A DNA stretch of 64,000 nucleotides from the IMG/VR virus record IMGVR_UViG_3300024255_001088, one strand, 5' to 3'. Within the stretch, counting starts at the first letter, position 1. Each line of letters opens with the position of its first letter. Below the pieces are notes generated by a model that saw only the letters and a program-made list of their open reading frames with translations, was not told the DNA's origin and ran no database searches. This document shows, piece by piece, positions 19,282 to 28,334 of the stretch. Source of the stretch: a virus. The position numbers and the translations under genes are program-made.

Positions 19282-20562
19282 ATGGAACCATTTGTACAAA
19301 AACAATTTGATGAATATCAGGCCAATAGGGTCGAGAAAGACATCGTATCAAAAGAAGAACTCAGAGAACTACTGATAAAAGATTTATCATTCGTATCTAA
19401 AATGGGTGTAGCAGAATACACCTTATATCAGAAGTACCAAGAGATACACATGAAGTATCCGACACAAACAGTTTCTACATTGTTTGGCGAAGAGACTAAC
19501 TTTGTTAATGAAGACCACTTAAAACTTATCAATGAGACTAAGAACAACATATGGTTTCCTAATTCATACGAAGACTTTGAGAAACTAGAACCAGAACTGA
19601 TTTATACAGACTCGAACAAAGATAGACAGTCTGCTGGTACTCTTACAGAGAAATGGAATTGTCTTAGAACAATGACACACTCACAAAAGAACTCATCAAA
19701 CATAGGTAGAAATCTACATTACATTGTTAGAGACAAAGTGACCGAGAAGTATCTTGGTGTTATCTGTATTACAGGTGACTTTATTGACTTAACACCTAGA
19801 GATGATTACATTGGGTGGGAAAGAATATACAAAACGAATAGTGGTAAACTAAACAACAGCGCCATAGGTTCAAGTATTCTACCAACACAACCACTAGGGT
19901 TCAATTACACTGGTGGTAAACTCATGGCATTGTTATGTACTGCCGATGTGATACAGAAACAATGGGAAGAAAACTACGGAGATAAACTAGTCGGTATGAC
20001 TACTACATCTCTCTATGGTAAATCTAAGACAGGTGGGTTATCACAATACGACAGACTCAAACATTGGAAGAAAATGGGATACAGTCAAGGTTCATTATCA
20101 TTTGAAATGACCAAAGAGACTGAAAGAAAGATGCTAGACTATGCAGAACACCATTTCAATGAGAGATACTTCTTATTGTATGTCGCAAAGAGAGAAAGTG
20201 GTCAGACTCTTAAGAGAGACCATAGAAATCGTATGAGACAATTCATGTACTCGCAACTTAAGATACCAAAAGAGTTGCAGAAGTCAGACCATCAAAGAGG
20301 TATCTACTATTCTTGTTTCTATGAAAACACTAGAGAATTTCTTAGAGGTGAGATAGAACAAGACCAATTGATAAGAAACAACAATGATGGTTCAGTCGAA
20401 ACACTTACTCAGTTATGGAAAGATAAGTATGCGGCTAAACGAATAAATAACCTCATGAACGCAGAGAGACAAAACTTAACAGAAACATTATTCTATGATG
20501 ATATTGTATCTATGTCATGGGATGAATGTAAACACAAATACTTAGGGGCAGTAGGAAGATGA
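19282..20562 (+). CDS. DUF4338 / DruA-like protein, copy 2
   Basis: PTQPLGFNYTGGKLMA, TTTSLYG, SQYDRL. Confidence 0.7.
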   Translation: MEPFVQKQFDEYQANRVEKDIVSKEELRELLIKDLSFVSKMGVAEYTLYQKYQEIHMKYPTQTVSTLFGEETNFVNEDHLKLINETKNNIWFPNSYEDFEKLEPELIYTDSNKDRQSAGTLTEKWNCLRTMTHSQKNSSNIGRNLHYIVRDKVTEKYLGVICITGDFIDLTPRDDYIGWERIYKTNSGKLNNSAIGSSILPTQPLGFNYTGGKLMALLCTADVIQKQWEENYGDKLVGMTTTSLYGKSKTGGLSQYDRLKHWKKMGYSQGSLSFEMTKETERKMLDYAEHHFNERYFLLYVAKRESGQTLKRDHRNRMRQFMYSQLKIPKELQKSDHQRGIYYSCFYENTREFLRGEIEQDQLIRNNNDGSVETLTQLWKDKYAAKRINNLMNAERQNLTETLFYDDIVSMSWDECKHKYLGAVGR

Positions 20563-20774
20563 ACATTATAGATATGATACCAGTGACAGCAAAGAAACAA
20601 GTTAAGGTCGATAGAGATACCTACAGAGAGTTTACAGAGGCAGTTGATAGATTGGCATCACAAGGTGTTGAATTGCCACACTCAGTAGAATTTTTAAGAG
20701 AGACCGATGAATTTAAGATTGAACTCTTAGATGCAAATAACATTGACTTAGAACATTTAGACACGCTACTGTAG
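20559..20774 (+). CDS. Hypothetical protein (3' end inside tRNA-Thr)
   Basis: ATGA coupling; stop TAG lies within the tRNA. Confidence 0.65.
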   Translation: MNIIDMIPVTAKKQVKVDRDTYREFTEAVDRLASQGVELPHSVEFLRETDEFKIELLDANNIDLEHLDTLL

Positions 20775-20840
20775 CTCACTCGGTAGAGCAGCTGATTTGT
20801 AATCAGCAGGTAGTCAGTTCGATTCTGACCAGTAGCTCCA
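20765..20840 (+). tRNA. tRNA-Thr(TGT)
   Basis: Acceptor GCTACTG/CAGTAGC, anticodon arm GCTGA-TTTGTAA-TCAGC, TTCGA T loop, CCA. Confidence 0.95.
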
Positions 20841-20853
20841 ATTAGGATATATT

Positions 20854-21363
20854 ATGAAATATGAAATTGATTTTATGCGACCAGAATATGCAGAAGGTTG
20901 TCATAGAGTACAACATTCAGGCATACATCATCACCATGCAGAACTATGGCACCTAGAGGCATGGAAATGGATTGGGATAAACATGAGAGATGCTTGGGTA
21001 ATCAAACACGAGAACGAAGTGATTGGTTATTTTGCAGGTATGGTGCAACTCGTAAATGAACCTGAAGACGAACATTACGGTGAAGGATTGGGTTACTTCG
21101 GTGCAGACATCTGTTTAGATATGGATCCTGAACGAAAGTATCCTGATGCTATGAATCAATTGTTCGCTCATATATGTGACATTCATCCTTACATAACTGG
21201 TTATTGTTCAGAGACTAATCAGGCACTAATAAATTTCACCGACAAATGGGGTTTCGACAGGTGGAAAACTAATCCAGATAGTAATCTTCTTTACTGTCGC
21301 AACTTCACTGATAACCCCAAATCACAAGCTCTGAGAGATAAACATAGAATCGATTACACCTAG
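20854..21363 (+). CDS. GNAT-like acetyltransferase
   Basis: WVIKHENEVIGY...NQALINFTDKWGF. Confidence 0.5.
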   Translation: MKYEIDFMRPEYAEGCHRVQHSGIHHHHAELWHLEAWKWIGINMRDAWVIKHENEVIGYFAGMVQLVNEPEDEHYGEGLGYFGADICLDMDPERKYPDAMNQLFAHICDIHPYITGYCSETNQALINFTDKWGFDRWKTNPDSNLLYCRNFTDNPKSQALRDKHRIDYT

Positions 21364-21396
21364 GGGTTGACAGCAGGCCTTACTTTTTAGTATCCT
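21363..21396 (+). promoter_or_regulatory. Early promoter family copy
   Basis: GGGGTTGACA-N18-TATCCT with ACTTTTT in spacer. Confidence 0.75.
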
Positions 21397-21423
21397 TATT
21401 CCATGATGAAGAAAGGAGATAAT

Positions 21424-21621
21424 ATGAGTAATCAAGTTAATGATAATATCAAAGAAGATATTATGGAAAACATCTTAGAGATGGCAGATAAAGATATCTG
21501 GAATGTAATCTTTGCAATAGAGAAAGAATTCGGTATTCAAAATGTACCAAGTCCAGTGGGTGGTGAACATGGGTTTATCGCAAAACTGTTCGAACTTAGA
21601 TTCGAGGAGGCATGTCAATGA
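21424..21621 (+). CDS. Early hypothetical protein
   Basis: SD AAAGGAG before ATG 21424 (alternative start 21403). Confidence 0.65.
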   Translation: MSNQVNDNIKEDIMENILEMADKDIWNVIFAIEKEFGIQNVPSPVGGEHGFIAKLFELRFEEACQ

Positions 21622-21923
21622 GTTTGTTTAACGATTACATAGAAGAGGGTTTAGATACCTGCAAATTTGTTAAAGACGGTATGGAATATACTGCAATCAT
21701 CGACAAGGTTAGTGATAATTCTTTACTAGTCAAACCAATTCAAAAGACTAACTGGAAAGATGTTTTTCAGAACAATCTACAAAATACATTTGAACACATG
21801 ATACTACACATCAAAGAGTTTGATGAGATTAAACTCGAACTCTGGATGGATGGTAGGGGTTGCGATAACTCCGCTATAGGTGTTTCAGGTTGTTATGAAC
21901 CTTACACATGTTTAACATGGTAG
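21612..21923 (+). CDS. Early hypothetical protein
   Basis: GAGGAGG SD; coupled ORF. Confidence 0.65.
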   Translation: MSMSLFNDYIEEGLDTCKFVKDGMEYTAIIDKVSDNSLLVKPIQKTNWKDVFQNNLQNTFEHMILHIKEFDEIKLELWMDGRGCDNSAIGVSGCYEPYTCLTW

Positions 21924-21955
21924 GGTTGACAATGACCTTCACTTTTTAGTATACT
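21923..21955 (+). promoter_or_regulatory. Early promoter family copy
   Basis: GGGTTGACAATGACCTTCACTTTTTAGTATACT. Confidence 0.8.
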
Positions 21956-21983
21956 AGTAGAGTAATAAAGAAAAGGAGATATT

Positions 21984-22340
21984 ATGAGAAACCAATATGT
22001 AATAACCACCCAAAATGTCGAAGAGTACGGCACTAACTTCCATAAGTTTAAGGGAGGTTCTGATTATGTTATTGGGTTCGATGTCGAAACCCTTGTGTAC
22101 GAGGAGAACGCATATGGTGAGGGTGAACACTCTTACTACCATTCACCTAGTTTGACTGAGGCAAGTGCAGCTGCACTGGTCATGAAACATGTCAACAGAT
22201 ACAATGGACTAAGTGGTTCATTTGACTACATCACTTCAATCGAAGTTGTAGATAGTCCTTTTGATACACCAGACCATCCTACATGGCAGGGTGATATCTC
22301 AGAGTTAATAGGGGAGTTAGAATTACATGAAGTATCTTAA
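21984..22340 (+). CDS. Early hypothetical protein
   Basis: SD AAGGAG; KFKGGSDY motif. Confidence 0.7.
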   Translation: MRNQYVITTQNVEEYGTNFHKFKGGSDYVIGFDVETLVYEENAYGEGEHSYYHSPSLTEASAAALVMKHVNRYNGLSGSFDYITSIEVVDSPFDTPDHPTWQGDISELIGELELHEVS

Positions 22341-22521
22341 AGAGATTACTGATTGGTCAGACGCCAAATGTCCTGTACCAAATCACACCTACATTGTTAA
22401 TGATGCACTGCATCTCGTAGGTTATATCAAGACTGGAACTAAAGAAGAGATAATCTTTAAGTCTCCAATGAAACAGTTTAGTAAATCTAGGAGGAAGTTT
22501 GTTGACCTTAAAAGGGGTTGA
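22327..22521 (+). CDS. Hypothetical protein
   Basis: LKEITDW..PNHTY..FSKSRRKF. Confidence 0.7.
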   Translation: MKYLKEITDWSDAKCPVPNHTYIVNDALHLVGYIKTGTKEEIIFKSPMKQFSKSRRKFVDLKRG

Positions 22522-22547
22522 CGGTGACCTTCATTTAATGCAATAAT
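22514..22547 (+). promoter_or_regulatory. Early promoter family copy
   Basis: GGGGTTGACGGTGACCTTCA...AATAAT; ATG 6 nt downstream. Confidence 0.6.
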
Positions 22548-22553
22548 GGACAC

Positions 22554-23000
22554 ATGATAAAGAAACAAACAATAATTTTCGATGTTGACGGCACTATCGC
22601 TGATGTCGAACATAGAAGGCATTTTGTCAATGGTAATAACGATTGGCAGTCTTTTAGAACAGAAACAGTAAACGATACTCCAGTTCAGTGGGTATGTGAC
22701 ATTGCAAAGAGATTCATTGCACAAGGTGACCAAGTTGCCTTCTTTAGTGCAAGAAATGAGTCAGAGAGGGAGATTACAGAGAAACAAATTGCAGAATGGA
22801 TTGGTGACAATCACCAAGGTTTGTTCTTAAGACCAGATGGCGATTTCAGAAAAGATGATGAATTCAAATCTGAACTTGCAGATAAGTTTGAAGAATTGGG
22901 TGGCAAGATTGATTTAGTCTTTGACGACAGAAATCAAGTTGTCGAAATGTGGAGAAAAAGAGGCACTACATGTGTCCAAGTTGCAGAAGGAGATTTTTAA
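22554..23000 (+). CDS. HAD phosphatase, PNK 3'-phosphatase-like (PseT C-terminal domain)
   Basis: FDVDGT, FSAR, LRPDGDFRKD, FDDRNQVVEMW. Confidence 0.88.
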   Translation: MIKKQTIIFDVDGTIADVEHRRHFVNGNNDWQSFRTETVNDTPVQWVCDIAKRFIAQGDQVAFFSARNESEREITEKQIAEWIGDNHQGLFLRPDGDFRKDDEFKSELADKFEELGGKIDLVFDDRNQVVEMWRKRGTTCVQVAEGDF

Positions 23001-23001
23001 T

Positions 23002-24279
23002 ATGAGTTATCCATTCGGAGAAATTGATATTGCAGACCCAGGTGAGTTAATACCTGAGGCATTTATTTACAAGTTTACACACAAACCTTCTGGCATGTGG
23101 TATTTGGGTATGCATGGGTTAAAAGAACATGAGGCATTTAATGATGGTGCATATTGGAATTCATCCACTTCTGCCACATTCAACAAGTTATTAGAAGAGA
23201 AACCAGAAGAGTTTATATACGAGATTTCACACTTTGGTTCTATGAAAGAAATGTTCAAAAAAGAATTTGAACTCTTATCTAAGATGAGGGCGACCGCCAA
23301 ACAGAGAGAGATGTCTTGGAACAAGTGGAATGGGTTCGCACCTGAGTCTGTAGAATTACCAGACTTAGACTTAATCAATAAGTTGGCAGAAGATGCCTAC
23401 AATCCTGATTCAGATTTAGAGAGATGTGTGGTCAAGATTTCAGATTTAGATAATGTTATCAGATTACAAGTTAGATTTGATACTAACATGTCGCACAAGA
23501 AGATTTCAGAATACAAGAATGAGATGAACGCCAATAACTCTACTAAGGGTTTCACTATTACTATTGTAAGATTTGATGGTAGGGAAGTTATTGTTGGCGG
23601 TAATCACACCTTAGAGTCTGCTAGAAAGTCAAGATGTTCTAGTATTGAAGTTGTTTACATCGATGCAGAAATGACAATGGCAGATTTGCAGGCATTAGGT
23701 AATGCACTTAACAGAAAGGTTGAAGTGCAAAGAATGACCACTTCAATTACTGATTGTGCTGGCGACTTGGTCAATTTCTACAACGAAGGCAAGATTACTT
23801 CTTTGAAAGATAAGTATGTTGCTGAATACATCAAAGTGACTGGTGGGTTTAAGGGTGCAGACATTTCAAAAGTTAGAAGAGAAGCTCAAGCTCTTATTGA
23901 TGAAAAAGATTCTTGGAAGAAAGGTAAGACCTGGATTAACTGGAAGTTAAAGAAGAGAGAGAAAGAGAGAAATGATAAATGTTCTGCTTTTACTAGTGAT
24001 ACCACATTCTATATTACACAATCTGCTACATTTAGGGCAGATAGGGTGATTGAGAAGTGGATGCAAGATGCTGACTTCAGAAAGAATAATGGTTTGACAC
24101 CAAGAAGTATTGTAAAGATACTCATGCATTACGAGACAAAGAAAACTTACGATGATTACAATGACAAGAACCCACAAGGTGGTCATAGAAGAATCATAGA
24201 ATCATTCATGAAAGGTGAAGGTATCGATACACCGAGTGTTGTATTTGAGAACTTGGAACTATATGAAGATTCAATATAA
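23002..24279 (+). CDS. GIY-YIG(Seg)-like N-terminus fused to ParB/Srx-like domain
   Basis: FIYKFT..MWYLGMH..YWNSS; IVGGNHTLES; SD AAGGAG before ATG 23002. Confidence 0.55.
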   Translation: MSYPFGEIDIADPGELIPEAFIYKFTHKPSGMWYLGMHGLKEHEAFNDGAYWNSSTSATFNKLLEEKPEEFIYEISHFGSMKEMFKKEFELLSKMRATAKQREMSWNKWNGFAPESVELPDLDLINKLAEDAYNPDSDLERCVVKISDLDNVIRLQVRFDTNMSHKKISEYKNEMNANNSTKGFTITIVRFDGREVIVGGNHTLESARKSRCSSIEVVYIDAEMTMADLQALGNALNRKVEVQRMTTSITDCAGDLVNFYNEGKITSLKDKYVAEYIKVTGGFKGADISKVRREAQALIDEKDSWKKGKTWINWKLKKREKERNDKCSAFTSDTTFYITQSATFRADRVIEKWMQDADFRKNNGLTPRSIVKILMHYETKKTYDDYNDKNPQGGHRRIIESFMKGEGIDTPSVVFENLELYEDSI

Positions 24280-24288
24280 AAGAATGTT

Positions 24289-24365
24289 CGGCCTGTAGCT
24301 CAGTTGGATAGAGCATCGGTCTTCTAAACCGAGGGTCAGAGGTTCGAATCCTCTCAGGTCGGCCA
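24289..24365 (+). tRNA. tRNA-Arg(TCT)
   Basis: Acceptor CGGCCTG/CAGGTCG, anticodon loop CT-TCT-AA, GGTTCGAATCC, CCA. Confidence 0.95.
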
Positions 24366-24390
24366 AAAATTGTGATATAAATAATAGATT

Positions 24391-24567
24391 ATGACGAAGA
24401 ACTTAAAACCTAAAGAAGTATTGTCAGTACTTCAAAAGAAGGTGCAACTAAAGAGAGACATTAAAGAACTCAAGTCTGTTGGTGAAACCAAAAAGGCAGA
24501 GATATTAATGAAAAAAGTTTCTCAATTAGAAGAAAAATTGCACTCTAGACCGCTATCAAAAAACTAA
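24391..24567 (+). CDS. 58-aa basic protein (not in ORF track)
   Basis: TATAAATA late promoter at 24376-24383. Confidence 0.6.
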   Translation: MTKNLKPKEVLSVLQKKVQLKRDIKELKSVGETKKAEILMKKVSQLEEKLHSRPLSKN

Positions 24568-24600
24568 ATAGTAGTATAGAAATTTAACACGGAGATATAA

Positions 24601-25053
24601 ATGGCAACAATCAGATATGATGCATACTTAGCAGATATGCAATCAAAATTAATCGAATGGCAACAAAGGTACGATTTGATGGGTGGAGATGCAGGAACTT
24701 CCAGAACATTTTATTTCTATTCTAAAGATGCAGATGAAACAGATGATACTATAATCGTGAATTTATCTGAAGCTTCAGACTTAACTGTAGATGGTGTTGC
24801 ACACCCACATAAGATATTTGAATGGACAGGCACTGGAGACATTATAGAAGCTCTTAATGCATGGAGAACTGCAAATCCAGACGCCACATCAGGTGGAATG
24901 TATGCACATTGGAATCAAGATAAAAAGAGTGAATCAGAAATCGCTGATGAAAAGATTGACGCCTATAATGCAGTACAATCAATTGCCGCTAATATATCTT
25001 TTGCTACAACGCTGTTAGAAGGCGATGCAGACGCCACTTTCGAAACACCATAG
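24601..25053 (+). CDS. Late hypothetical acidic protein
   Basis: CTAAATA promoter plus SD GGAG. Confidence 0.7.
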   Translation: MATIRYDAYLADMQSKLIEWQQRYDLMGGDAGTSRTFYFYSKDADETDDTIIVNLSEASDLTVDGVAHPHKIFEWTGTGDIIEALNAWRTANPDATSGGMYAHWNQDKKSESEIADEKIDAYNAVQSIAANISFATTLLEGDADATFETP

Positions 25054-25103
25054 CTTTCAAAATACATAAATAGTAGTTATACACAACAATGTGATAACTA
25101 CTT

Positions 25104-26309
25104 ATGGCCGTTAAAAATCTACATTTAGAACATTTAGAAGATGAAATCATCAATAACGGTATTGATGGTGGTCGTGCTTCTATAACCTTTCTACTCGCAC
25201 TCAGAGACATGATGAAAGGAAATGCCAAGAAAAAATTCAACATGACTGTCAAATGGGATGGTGCACCTGCAATCTTTTGTGGAAAACATCCAGAAGACGG
25301 CAGATTCTTTGTCGCAAAGAAATCATTATTCAATAAAGAACCTAAGTTCTATTGTTCAGTATCAGAAATTAAGAACGCATCTGAACTATCTGGAGACTTA
25401 GAGAAGAAGTTCATAGACTCATTCGAGTATCTATCTAAACTATCCTGGAATAAAGTAATGCAAGGTGACTTGATGTTTACTCAGGCAGATAAGAAGATGA
25501 AGAAAATAAATGATATAGAACACATTACATTTCAACCTAACACAATCATGTATGCTGTACCAGTTCAATCAGAATTGGGTAAACAGATTGCAAATGCCAA
25601 GTATGGTATAGTATTTCATACGACATACGAAGGTTCAAGTATAGATGATTTAGGTGCATCATTCGGTGCAGATATATCTTCTTTGGGTCATAACAATGAT
25701 GTATGGATTGATGATGCAACCTTTAAGAATGTTGCAGGTAATTCTACACTCACAGGAAAAGAAACACTTAAGTTATCTACTCTACTTACTAAAACAGGTA
25801 AGTCATTTCACAAAATCAAAAGACCTTCACTGATTAAGTTCATGAAGATACAAGACACCATTGCATCTAAAGGTGCAGGTGCAACATACAAAACATATAT
25901 GAACGCCCAAATAAGAAAGGGTAAGTTCAATCTAAACTATAATGATTATCTCAAACACTTTGAGAACTATTGGAAAACAAAAGTAGTTGGTGCAGTAAAG
26001 ATGCAGAAGACAAAAGATATCAAAGAACAAATAGGTAAAGACCTTGTCAGAGATATCAGAAGTCTTAAACCATTCATAACTGCATTGACAGAGTTTCAAG
26101 TAGGCATGGTTGAGGCGAAACAGATTATCATAGATGGTTTAAACAAAGCAAAATCAATCGGCACATTCGTAAGAACACCCACAGGTTTAAAAGTAGTAAA
26201 TCCTGAGGGATATGTTGCAATCGATGATGACGGTAAGGCAGTGAAGTTAGTAGACCGTATGGAGTTCTCACTAAATAACTTTACAGCTGCAAAGGCATGG
26301 GACAAATAA
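25104..26309 (+). CDS. DUF6267-like protein with ATP-dependent ligase motifs
   Basis: TVKWDG (KxDG), MQGDLMF, PEGYVA, VKLVDR. Confidence 0.7.
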   Translation: MAVKNLHLEHLEDEIINNGIDGGRASITFLLALRDMMKGNAKKKFNMTVKWDGAPAIFCGKHPEDGRFFVAKKSLFNKEPKFYCSVSEIKNASELSGDLEKKFIDSFEYLSKLSWNKVMQGDLMFTQADKKMKKINDIEHITFQPNTIMYAVPVQSELGKQIANAKYGIVFHTTYEGSSIDDLGASFGADISSLGHNNDVWIDDATFKNVAGNSTLTGKETLKLSTLLTKTGKSFHKIKRPSLIKFMKIQDTIASKGAGATYKTYMNAQIRKGKFNLNYNDYLKHFENYWKTKVVGAVKMQKTKDIKEQIGKDLVRDIRSLKPFITALTEFQVGMVEAKQIIIDGLNKAKSIGTFVRTPTGLKVVNPEGYVAIDDDGKAVKLVDRMEFSLNNFTAAKAWDK

Positions 26310-27610
26310 TGAAAACATTACAATCATTCATATCAGAGGCGAAACAAAGACCCGCTGTTTTTTCATTCGGAAGGTTCAACCCACCCACAATTGGGCATGG
26401 TAAACTTGTCGATAAACTAAACAAGGTATCAAAGTCAGTGAACGGCGACCCAATGATATTTACTTCTCATTCAAATGATAAGAGAAAAAATCCACTGAAT
26501 CACAAAACAAAGATTCAGTATCTAAGAAAGTTCTTTTCTAAGAAGGTTGGTGTACCAGATGCGAACGCCAGAACAGTATTCGATGTCGCAAACGCATTAC
26601 ATAAACAAGGTTATACTAGTATCACTATGGTTGTTGGTTCAGATAGAATCAGAGAATTCGAAACACTACTTAAGAAATACAATGGTGTAAAGGCAAGACA
26701 CGGTTTCTATAAGTTCGATGATATAAACATAGTTAGTGCTGGTGAAAGGGATCCAGATGCTGATGATGTATCAGGTATGAGTGCATCTAAGATGAGGGCA
26801 GCCGCAGAACAAGATGACTTTGATTCATTCAAAGGTGGCGTGCCAGATAAAAAACTCGCAGACAAACTATACAAAGATGTGCGTAGAGGTATGGGAATCG
26901 CAGAGGAGTCGTTCTCCACTCTACCAGACTACATGATTGAAGACTTACTTAGAGAAGGTGTATATGACCCAGGTATCTTTAAGGCAGTATTCTTTATGGG
27001 TGGCCCAGGTTCTGGTAAGTCAACTGTAGTAGATGGTTTGGGTTTGAAGGCATTAGGGTTGAAACTAGTCAATACAGATAAGTCATTTGAGAATGGTCTA
27101 AAGAAGGCGGGTCAAACCTTAGACTTAAATGCAGTACCTGCCGATATCAGAGACCCAATTAGAAAGAAGGCGAAGAGACAAACTACTCGATTGATGGACA
27201 GATACATTGACAATAGACTTGGTCTTATCTTCGATACTACAAGTGCAAACGACACTAAGATTAAAGCGTATAAGAACATGTTAGATAAACTTGGTTACGA
27301 ATCTAAAATGGTGTATGTCAGTACATCACTTCCAAACGCATTGACAAGAAACAGTTCAAGACCAAGACAATTACCAGATGCGATTGTTAAGAAAGATTGG
27401 AACAATTCACAAAAGAATATTGCATCTATGCAGAAACTATTCAAAAGAGACTTCATGCAAGTATCAAATGATGATGATTTAGATTCTTTAAAAAGAAAAA
27501 CTAACTCAGTCTTTGGTAAATTGATGGCATGGTCTACATCATTTCCTGGAAACACCAGAGCAACACTCTGGAAACAAAGACAACTATTAACAAAGAAATT
27601 ACATAAATAG
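26309..27610 (+). CDS. HxGH nucleotidyltransferase fused to zeta/PNK-like P-loop kinase
   Basis: FGRFNPPTIGH, VGSDR, MSASKMR; GGPGSGKST, LIFDTT; N-terminus MKTLQSFISE. Confidence 0.85.
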   Translation: MKTLQSFISEAKQRPAVFSFGRFNPPTIGHGKLVDKLNKVSKSVNGDPMIFTSHSNDKRKNPLNHKTKIQYLRKFFSKKVGVPDANARTVFDVANALHKQGYTSITMVVGSDRIREFETLLKKYNGVKARHGFYKFDDINIVSAGERDPDADDVSGMSASKMRAAAEQDDFDSFKGGVPDKKLADKLYKDVRRGMGIAEESFSTLPDYMIEDLLREGVYDPGIFKAVFFMGGPGSGKSTVVDGLGLKALGLKLVNTDKSFENGLKKAGQTLDLNAVPADIRDPIRKKAKRQTTRLMDRYIDNRLGLIFDTTSANDTKIKAYKNMLDKLGYESKMVYVSTSLPNALTRNSSRPRQLPDAIVKKDWNNSQKNIASMQKLFKRDFMQVSNDDDLDSLKRKTNSVFGKLMAWSTSFPGNTRATLWKQRQLLTKKLHK

Positions 27611-27614
27611 AAGT

Positions 27615-28334
27615 ATGACTACATTATTTAAAAGAATCTTAGAACAAAGAGTTAAACAAAAAAAACAGTTTGGCGAAGAAACCGTGATAGTAGAAGCATG
27701 TTGGGATGGTTACAAACAAGTTGGTACAAAAAAGAAAGGTGGAAAAGTAGTTCCTAATTGTGTGCCAGAAGAGACCGAGATAGAAGAGAACGCAAAAGTC
27801 AAAGCAATGTTAAGTAAGATGAAAGGTGTTTCATCTGCTCAGGCACAATTAATTGCACAAATACCAATACCTGTATTAACTCAAATATCACAGGCATTGG
27901 GTCAGTTAGTAATGGGTGAAGAGTTAGAAGAACGACATTCAGATGTAATGAGAAAGAGAAACCAATCTCAACAGAAAGCACATCAAAAGGCAATGATGAA
28001 GTCTGCTAGAAAATCTATCAAAGACTATGATGCAAAGAATAAGAACAAGAACGAAGAGTCTGAAGTAGAAGAAGATAGAGATTACAAAAAAGAGTATGAG
28101 AACTATCAAGGCAAACCAGAACAAATCAAAAGACGAGCTGCAAGAAATTCAGCTAGAAATCAGTTAAAAGACAACAAAGACATAAAGGGTAAAGATGTTC
28201 ATCATAAAGATAACAACCCAATGAATAATGATAAATCAAATCTATCAATAGTATCTAAAAACTATAATAGAAAAGAACCTAGACTTAGAGAAAGACTAGT
28301 AAAACAGGGGATAATTAAAAATGGCAAAAGGTAA
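27615..28334 (+). CDS. Modular internal-virion-like protein with CWxGY..PNC module and HNH module
   Basis: CWDGYKQVG..PNCVP; DVHHKDNNPMNN..SNL..NR; acidic xEE linkers. Confidence 0.7.
   Translation: MTTLFKRILEQRVKQKKQFGEETVIVEACWDGYKQVGTKKKGGKVVPNCVPEETEIEENAKVKAMLSKMKGVSSAQAQLIAQIPIPVLTQISQALGQLVMGEELEERHSDVMRKRNQSQQKAHQKAMMKSARKSIKDYDAKNKNKNEESEVEEDRDYKKEYENYQGKPEQIKRRAARNSARNQLKDNKDIKGKDVHHKDNNPMNNDKSNLSIVSKNYNRKEPRLRERLVKQGIIKNGKR

Noticed and set aside
27615-28334. Free-standing HNH homing endonuclease
   Set aside because: The HNH part is a short C-terminal module in a multi-module late protein, with no DNA-binding extension or insertion context
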